From an uncultured Bacteriovoracaceae bacterium (GTDB lineage Bacteria; Bdellovibrionota; Bacteriovoracia; Bacteriovoracales; Bacteriovoracaceae): 64,000 nucleotides of DNA. This document shows positions 57,688 to 64,000 of this stretch, piece after piece (positions within the stretch are counted from its first letter, which is position 1; the number at the start of each line of letters is the position of its first letter). The position numbers and the translations under genes are program-made. The stretch covers positions 1 to 64,000 of the forward strand of contig CAXGUD010000004.1 in assembly GCA_964012805.1 (NCBI GenBank), given 5' to 3'. The notes under the pieces were generated by a model. The model did not search any database. It was not told the DNA's origin and saw only the letters and a program-made list of their open reading frames with translations.

Positions 57688-60600
57688 ATGGGTTTTAAGC
57701 ATAAAAGACCTCTTTTTTTAGGGGTCCTCCTCATTATTTTTACGCTGATTTTCTGGACGCAAAGCCGTTACCCCCAGCTTAATGAAAAAGAGCAAATGAG
57801 TGGTAGGCTCAAAATTAATGAGGCCTTAAGCTTTGATGTGGTTTACCCCATCCATGATAAAGACCCGCTTTTTAAAAAAATCGCTTACTCCTTTATTAAT
57901 TGGTGTGCAACCAATAAAAACGGCATGATCTTTGGCGTTTTATTTGCCACTTTGTTTTTAACCCTTCTTCAAAATGTGCCCAAAAGACCCAAAACTAAAA
58001 ACCGTTTCATCCACTCTCTGGTGGGGATGCTCTTAGGGGCACCTTTAGGAGTGTGCGCGAATTGCGTTGCCCCCATAGGCCAGGGGATGTATAAAACTGG
58101 AGAAAAACCAGAAACTATTTTAGCGACCATCCACTCGTCACCAAGCCTAAATATTATTGTGTTAACAATGCTTTTTAGTCTTTTTCCGCTTGATTTCGCT
58201 ATCATTAAAGTCCTCTTTAGCGTTTTTTTTATTTTGGTTGTGACGCCCATTTTAACAAAGGCCTTTTCAAACGATATCAAGGTTCCTGAGGAGTTCTGCC
58301 CAATAGAAATTGTTCCCAAAGAAAACTGGGCGACGGCCATCAAAGAATCCTTTAAAGGCTTTTTTAAAAACCTCCTCTACATTCTTTGGGAAACGGTCCC
58401 CATTATGTTTTTAGCGGGGATTTTGGGCCTGGCGGTTGTTGAAATTTTTGACCTTAGCTTTCTTCAAAGCCCTAAAGATAGTTTTCCCCTTTATTTTTTA
58501 ATTGCTCTTATTGGAACCTTTCTTCCCGTTCCCATTGCTTTTGATTTGGTTTTCTCCTTTGTTCTATTGAAGTCAGGTCTTGGCATTGGGCCTGCTCTTA
58601 CTTTTAATTTTTGTCTGGGCATTTTTAGTATTTATCCGTTCTTTATCATTTATCAAACTCTTTCTAAAAAGCTCGCCTTTGGAGTTTTTGTTTCTACCAT
58701 GGTGGTTGGAATTCTAGCGGGCTACACGGTCTCTTTAAAACACCTTTATACAGAACGAAGAGACCTCGCTATTTTAAATAAAAATATAAAAGAACTTGAA
58801 AAAAACGCCCAAAAAAAAGGATCTCTTAAAGGAGATCAGTTTTATGGTTTGGTTTTAAAGACCTGTTCCCTTTATGATGGCCAGACTCAAAAAGATGAGT
58901 GTATTGAAAATAATATTTTCAATGAGGCCAAAGCTAAGATGAATTACTTTTACTGCCTTGTGGGAAAAGTTAGGACTCAAGATAAAAAGAATCAATGCCT
59001 CAAAAGATTACTTCCCCATTTTATATTGGCAGGAAAGTTTGAACCAGGCTTTTGCTATAGTAATGAACCCAAAGAAAAAAAGAGTTGCCTTAAAAAGTTA
59101 ACAATTTATAGGGAAGTTTCTCTCAAAAAGGACCCCTCCTTTTGTAAAAAACTAAAAAAAGAAAAACTCATAAAAGAGTGCCAATCAATAATGGTCGACC
59201 ACCTCCTCTCTAAGGGAGGAGACATTGAGTTATGTTTACAAAAAGAAGATGTTAGAAAATGCCTCGATAATAATCAAAGAATACAGGACCTTTCAATAAA
59301 AGGTAACTTTGGCTTTAAAAGATGCCTTCTCTACAAAAGTAAAGAAGGGCAAGACTTGTGTATTGATGAACTCTTTTTCTTTTCCGCTTACCCCCGGGTT
59401 TCTTTAGGCTGTGAAAGGGTTAAAGACAATAAACTTAAAATGAGGTGTTTGAAAGTAAAAGAATTTTCTGAGGTTGCTAAAAAGGGAGGGCCTTTTTCTT
59501 TTTGTGAAGAAAATTTTAAAAAGAAGCATATATTGGATTTTTGTGAAACGACGTTATTGAGGAACCTTTTTATTGAGGGCGGAGACCCTGTTAAAAAGTG
59601 TAAAAGATTTAAAAAGCCCTCAAAATGTCTTAAAGCGGTTTCTGTTCATTTATATGAAAGGAAAGGGATAGAATCAAAAGAGGACCTCTGCTCTTTAGTT
59701 CCTGACGCAAAAATAAAAAGCTATTGTCAGGAAGAGATCGCTTATCGGGAAAATTTTACTTTTGAAATGTTAAATAATTGTAGTAGCAATGAAGCTAAAG
59801 GATTTGTTCCCGAAAGGCAGTGCGAACTAAATGCAATTAATAATTTTAAAAAGAATAAAATTAAAGAAGAGGTTTGCTCTTTTATAAAATACCCTAAAGA
59901 AAGAAAGAATTGCTTTAAAAATACAATGTTTATGCATGCTGCCTTAGGTAATCTAGAAAAATGTTCATTATTAAAAGGGGATGATAATAAAGAATGTCAC
60001 AAAGTCTATAAAGACTTTAAAATTAAGATGGGTTTAAGAGGTGGGCTTTCCACTCTTTTTGTGGACACCCATTTAAAAAAGCTTGAGAAAAAGGAAAAGA
60101 GGTCTTCTTTTAAAGGTGAAAAACTTAAAAAAGCAAAATCTTTAAAGTTAAGTCCTTTTTATAAGTCTAAAAATCTCACAATTCAATCATTTCCCTATTT
60201 TGAAAGATCAAAAGGAAATGCCTTTTCAACCCTATTTCAAAAAATTGAAGGCCCGGAAATTGGGCTTAGTTATTCCTATGGTTTTTCCATTTTAGAAAAT
60301 TTTGAACCTTTTAAATACGGAAAGGGGATATCATCTGGCGATTTTAACAATGACCTTTGGCCTGATATTGCCGTTGCAACAGAAACAGGAGTTCAGCTTT
60401 ATCAGAATTTAGGAAACGGGCGGTTTCAAAGAGTTCCTTTTAACCCAAAAACTAAAGGGATTCCCTTTTTGACCACTTTAGTTGATATCAATAATGATGG
60501 TTGGAAAGACCTTTATATAAGCTCTTATGGAGGGCTGAACCACTTTTATTTAAACCAAAAGGGGATTTTTGAAGAAGAGGGGCTTGATCTGTCTGACCCA

Positions 60601-62013
60601 GACAATGTGATTCTTACCATGAGTGGCGCTTTCTCAGACATCGATAGAGATGGAGATATTGATTTTGTTCAAGGTAACTGGTCCTACGGTGCCTATAATT
60701 TTAGACGACTTAAAGTTGAAACTAGTGTGAACAGAATTTTTTTGAATACTGGAACTAAAGGAAAAATTTTTAAAAGAAGTCATTTTAAGGATAATCTTAA
60801 GGGAGAGACTCTTAGTACCCTTTTAACTGATATAAACCAGGATGGAAAAGTTGACCTTTTTACAGGCAATGACTTTTCTATTCCGGATGGCCTCTATTTA
60901 GGAAAGGATAAAGGAAAGTTTCAAAAAATTAAAAAGTCAGATAAAATAATTCCCCTTATTTCAAAGTTCACCATGAGTTTTGATAGTGCTGATATCAATA
61001 ATGATCTTCACCTTGACCTCTTTTCAGCCGAGATGGCCTTTGTTGGAAATAAAAAGGATGATAATTATTGTGATTCTATAAAAAATAAATTTGCTAAATC
61101 AAAATGCCAAAATCATTTTTCCATAAGAAGGGTTTCAAGAAAAAGGGATATTGAAAAATGCTCTCAATACAAAGGAGAGACCAATAAAAACTGCCTTTTT
61201 AGTATGATGATTGGAATAATGACTGAATCTCAAGATACAAAAAATTGTGATAAGATACCGACCTCTTTAAAAGAGGCAAGAATTTTTTGCCAGCGCCTTT
61301 TTGATCTTAAAAAAATTCAAGACCAAACAGTAACAGACAGAAACTTTGATAAGGAAGACCTACCTCAAAAGGGGATGAGTAACCTCCTTTTAATGAACAA
61401 TGGGTTGGGGGCCTTTGTTGATCAAACGAAAAAGTTTGGCGTGATAAATAGCTTTTGGAGCTGGAATTCAAAGTTTGCCGATCTCGATAATGATGAATGG
61501 CAGGACCTTTATGTAGGAAATGGCTTTCTTTACAACGATGAAATGAGCACCAATGTCTTTTTTCATAACCAAAATGGAAAAACTTTTCTTCAAAAGGAAA
61601 AGGAATTTGGGCTAGAAGACTTTATCCACACCCATTCCTATACCTATATTGATTACGATCTCGATGGTGACTTAGATATCCTCTCAACGGGAAGCTACGC
61701 TCCCTTAAGACTTTTTAAAAACAACCTTAAAAAGGGCAACTCGATCTCTTTTTCCTTTATTGACCACAAGGGGAACCGTGATGGAATTGGAAATAGGGTC
61801 ATTATCCATTATGGGAAAGATGGTGAAAAACGGCAAATTAGGGAAGTAAAAATGGGAGGAGGGTTCCTTTCCTTTGACAGACCTTGGGCCTATTTTGGTC
61901 TTGGGACCAATAATAAGGTCAAGAAGGTTGAGGTCATTTGGTCTACAGGGGAAAATGAAATCATTAACCAAGATTTTGAAGAAGGAAGGCATTACCAAAT
62001 AGAAAGAGAATAA
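57688..62013 (+). CDS. Paralogous permease with Cys-pair repeat stalk and FG-GAP/ASPIC-UnbV domain
   Basis: PLGVCANCVAPI, SSPSLN, PVPIAFD; 13+3 C-x(8-13)-C repeats; GDFNNDLWPD, DINNDGWKD, DIDRDGDID; NRDGIG, GGGFLSFD..AYFGLG. ATG 57688 aligns with the paralogue start. Confidence 0.85.
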   Translation: MGFKHKRPLFLGVLLIIFTLIFWTQSRYPQLNEKEQMSGRLKINEALSFDVVYPIHDKDPLFKKIAYSFINWCATNKNGMIFGVLFATLFLTLLQNVPKRPKTKNRFIHSLVGMLLGAPLGVCANCVAPIGQGMYKTGEKPETILATIHSSPSLNIIVLTMLFSLFPLDFAIIKVLFSVFFILVVTPILTKAFSNDIKVPEEFCPIEIVPKENWATAIKESFKGFFKNLLYILWETVPIMFLAGILGLAVVEIFDLSFLQSPKDSFPLYFLIALIGTFLPVPIAFDLVFSFVLLKSGLGIGPALTFNFCLGIFSIYPFFIIYQTLSKKLAFGVFVSTMVVGILAGYTVSLKHLYTERRDLAILNKNIKELEKNAQKKGSLKGDQFYGLVLKTCSLYDGQTQKDECIENNIFNEAKAKMNYFYCLVGKVRTQDKKNQCLKRLLPHFILAGKFEPGFCYSNEPKEKKSCLKKLTIYREVSLKKDPSFCKKLKKEKLIKECQSIMVDHLLSKGGDIELCLQKEDVRKCLDNNQRIQDLSIKGNFGFKRCLLYKSKEGQDLCIDELFFFSAYPRVSLGCERVKDNKLKMRCLKVKEFSEVAKKGGPFSFCEENFKKKHILDFCETTLLRNLFIEGGDPVKKCKRFKKPSKCLKAVSVHLYERKGIESKEDLCSLVPDAKIKSYCQEEIAYRENFTFEMLNNCSSNEAKGFVPERQCELNAINNFKKNKIKEEVCSFIKYPKERKNCFKNTMFMHAALGNLEKCSLLKGDDNKECHKVYKDFKIKMGLRGGLSTLFVDTHLKKLEKKEKRSSFKGEKLKKAKSLKLSPFYKSKNLTIQSFPYFERSKGNAFSTLFQKIEGPEIGLSYSYGFSILENFEPFKYGKGISSGDFNNDLWPDIAVATETGVQLYQNLGNGRFQRVPFNPKTKGIPFLTTLVDINNDGWKDLYISSYGGLNHFYLNQKGIFEEEGLDLSDPDNVILTMSGAFSDIDRDGDIDFVQGNWSYGAYNFRRLKVETSVNRIFLNTGTKGKIFKRSHFKDNLKGETLSTLLTDINQDGKVDLFTGNDFSIPDGLYLGKDKGKFQKIKKSDKIIPLISKFTMSFDSADINNDLHLDLFSAEMAFVGNKKDDNYCDSIKNKFAKSKCQNHFSIRRVSRKRDIEKCSQYKGETNKNCLFSMMIGIMTESQDTKNCDKIPTSLKEARIFCQRLFDLKKIQDQTVTDRNFDKEDLPQKGMSNLLLMNNGLGAFVDQTKKFGVINSFWSWNSKFADLDNDEWQDLYVGNGFLYNDEMSTNVFFHNQNGKTFLQKEKEFGLEDFIHTHSYTYIDYDLDGDLDILSTGSYAPLRLFKNNLKKGNSISFSFIDHKGNRDGIGNRVIIHYGKDGEKRQIREVKMGGGFLSFDRPWAYFGLGTNNKVKKVEVIWSTGENEIINQDFEEGRHYQIERE

Positions 62014-62042
62014 GGAGAGCTTTAAAGATTAAAAAGCTCCCC
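62014..62042. terminator. Hairpin between convergent genes
   Basis: GGAGAGCTTT...AAAGCTCCCC directly after the stop codon. Confidence 0.5.
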
Positions 62043-62065
62043 TTCAAATATTCCAATGATTTTTT

Positions 62066-62731
62066 TTATTTTTTACTTAGGTCAACAGAGTCTGGATGGA
62101 TGAGCACACCATTTCTTTTTGTATTAAAAAAGAGCATCATTTCGCCATTGGCCCCATTGACAAAAGCATTGTAGCTCATTTTTGCACCATCTGGTGCTGT
62201 AAATTTAATATCGGCCGTCTCAACGGGAAAGCCCGTTTTACCGTTAACAATAATGAACTTTTTATCAAGTTTAGTAATAGAGATATCTCCTCTAGAAAAA
62301 GCTGGAGCTGTTTTTAAAATGTTAAGGAGTTTTTGATCCCAATCAGCAACAGGCTTACCACCTATAATACGAGTTCCTGCGGGAATGTCTTTTAAAGGGT
62401 TTCCTTTGGCATCAATAAAGAATCTATCATCTTTTTTAAGGCCAAAAGGTCTATCTAAAGTAAAGTTAGCTAAATAACCCTTATCACCAGTGGGAACTTC
62501 GTCTTGTGGTTTTCCCGTTTCAAAGACGGTTTCTTCCTGAACCGGTTCTGAAGCTGCTCCTTCTTCCTCGAGAGGGCTTGAAGCTGTTTCAGATGATTTT
62601 TTTTCCGTCGTTTCCTCAGGTGCCTCTACACTGGCCTCTTGATTGTTTGTTCCGCCGTCATCTTTTTTTGTTAGGTTAATACCACCTAAAACAACAAGGA
62701 CGCCCACTAAAACACCTAAAACAATTTTCAT
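62066..62731 (-). CDS. Hypothetical membrane-anchored exported protein
   Basis: N-terminal TM helix, acidic linker, globular C-terminus; AGGAG RBS. Confidence 0.8.
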   Translation of the reverse strand: MKIVLGVLVGVLVVLGGINLTKKDDGGTNNQEASVEAPEETTEKKSSETASSPLEEEGAASEPVQEETVFETGKPQDEVPTGDKGYLANFTLDRPFGLKKDDRFFIDAKGNPLKDIPAGTRIIGGKPVADWDQKLLNILKTAPAFSRGDISITKLDKKFIIVNGKTGFPVETADIKFTAPDGAKMSYNAFVNGANGEMMLFFNTKRNGVLIHPDSVDLSKK

Positions 62732-62916
62732 TGGAAACTCCTGTTATGTTTTCAAAATTTATTCTACATGAAAAACATACTTTGTTAAAAAATAAATTAG
62801 TTAAATCCTTGTCGGTTTTTTATTTCATTTTTATTGAACAAAATGGAGGTTTTTTAGAGTTCATAAAATTCATTCACTACTAGATTAAATTTTTAAATAA
62901 ATTTATGGTTAAAGAA

Positions 62917-63498
62917 TTAATCTTTCTCAGTTAATTTTTTTGAAAGTGATGCTTCTTTTTTCATAAAAATTTTGAACGTTAAGGTAAGCCAAAACAATGT
63001 GACTACTAAAGAGATGTAAAAGATGATTTTTAAAATAAATTGACTTCCTTCCCCCGCCTCTTTCATTTTTTCTAGATCAAAATAGACCTTTTCCTTTGTC
63101 CGAAGACCACCTAATTGTAAAACCTTTTTATTGACCTGATTTTTTTGAATCGTTATATAAAGGACATCACCAGGGACCACTTCCCGCTTGAAAGAATTTA
63201 TATCAAAATGTTTAAAATAAAAATCACTGAGACCCACGAGTTTTCCTCCCTTCATTTTTAAAAGAAAGGTTGAGCTTTTCTGTGGTCCGTAACCACCCCT
63301 TGCTGAGGCCCTTGAAACCACTTTAGAGTCTTCATAAGTGGCTTTTATTTCCATCCATAATTTCTCTTGTATGTTAATTCCTCGAAAACTTATTTTATAG
63401 AGGATAAAGCTGATGAGTATAAAAAAGAGAGAAAATCCTCCAAATAAAATTTTTCCTGTGTTTAAGCTTCCCTTTTTTTGCATAGTTAGATCCTCCAC
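62917..63498 (-). CDS. Hypothetical 2-TM membrane protein (start may be ATG 63483)
   Basis: TM helices at both ends; GGAGG upstream of ATG 63483. Confidence 0.75.
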   Translation of the reverse strand: MEDLTMQKKGSLNTGKILFGGFSLFFILISFILYKISFRGINIQEKLWMEIKATYEDSKVVSRASARGGYGPQKSSTFLLKMKGGKLVGLSDFYFKHFDINSFKREVVPGDVLYITIQKNQVNKKVLQLGGLRTKEKVYFDLEKMKEAGEGSQFILKIIFYISLVVTLFWLTLTFKIFMKKEASLSKKLTEKD

Positions 63499-63669
63499 TC
63501 AATGGCTTTTCGATAACTTAACGATAAAGTTTAATGTCATAGAAACTATTGATATTTTTAAAATTATTTTAAAATGTGAAAAACTCTTAATGTTAAGCTT
63601 GAGTCAAATATTATTCAAACGTAAAATAAGTGAAAAGAACTCATTATTCTACTTTTTGGGAGTTTGAAT

Positions 63670-64000
63670 ATGCTTAATTTAAGAGTCGTGGCGCTTTCCC
63701 TTGTCGTTGTCTTTATTGGTCTTTTCACCTTTAGGGCCTTAAAAGATGAGCCTAGTAGAAAAATCGCTAGTAGTGATATAGGCCGGGAACAGGCAAGAGA
63801 TATAAGGCCTGAAAAAAAGAAGGCCATTGTTCAAGTTGTAAAAGAAGGGGAGTTGATTCCTGACTATAAGGGAAATGAAATGCTTCTTCAGGATAAAACC
63901 TTAAGTGAAAAGACCTTGGACCTTTCAAAAAAGGCCACAGGTAAATATGAGAAATACCCTATTTACCAAGGAAGAATAGTCGTTGAAGTTCATGGAGGGT
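63670..64000 (+). CDS. Exported hypothetical protein, 3'-truncated by the window edge
   Basis: GGGAG RBS, MLNLRVVALSLVVVFIGLFTFRALKDEPSRKIAS..., open to the end of the window; not in the ORF track. Confidence 0.75.
   Translation, partial: MLNLRVVALSLVVVFIGLFTFRALKDEPSRKIASSDIGREQARDIRPEKKKAIVQVVKEGELIPDYKGNEMLLQDKTLSEKTLDLSKKATGKYEKYPIYQGRIVVEVHGG

Noticed and set aside
56723..58343. Antisense ORFs 56723..57304 (+) and 57969..58343 (-), and other short track ORFs nested in long genes
   Set aside because: They are shadows of well-supported CDSs on the opposite strand or in another frame.
58864..59997. Multiheme cytochrome or Fe-S interpretation of the Cys-rich region
   Set aside because: No CxxCH or ferredoxin-type spacing; the Cys residues are paired at 8-13 residue spacing.
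54490..62013. Enediyne biosynthetic cluster suggested by the UnbV-like domains
   Set aside because: No PKS, thioesterase or other enediyne core genes in the window.

Overview
AT-rich bacterial chromosomal window. It most resembles a predatory Bdellovibrionota (Bacteriovoracia-like) genome; this is inferred from an orphan flagellin, CheW-less CheA-type membrane kinases, many secreted hydrolases and several FliA-like promoters. I found no rRNA, tRNA, CRISPR array or transposase. Main content: tandem basic secreted paralogues; an MMPL/LolA-like/outer-membrane-barrel operon; CheY-like regulators and CheA-type sensors; endonuclease I, 5'-nucleotidase, PAP2 phosphatases, phospholipase D and thermonuclease; a diguanylate cyclase; a degenerate SF1 helicase-nuclease; a GNAT-GNAT-RND-START-LEA2 operon; a GP42-like transglutaminase; and an astacin with pYEATS-like tail domains. 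The best candidate for an undescribed system is at 53039-62013. It holds two head-to-head paralogues, each fusing an ArsP/YraQ (DUF318)-type CxNC permease to an extracellular FG-GAP/ASPIC-UnbV (CRTAC1-like) propeller with Cys-pair repeats, plus a co-oriented beta-propeller gene. Also notable: a 43-aa secreted peptide gene missed by the ORF track, with a sigma54 site, RBS and terminator; and a four-lesion chimeric pseudogene that records sensor-domain shuffling between kinases. All family calls come from reading motifs by eye; no database search was run.
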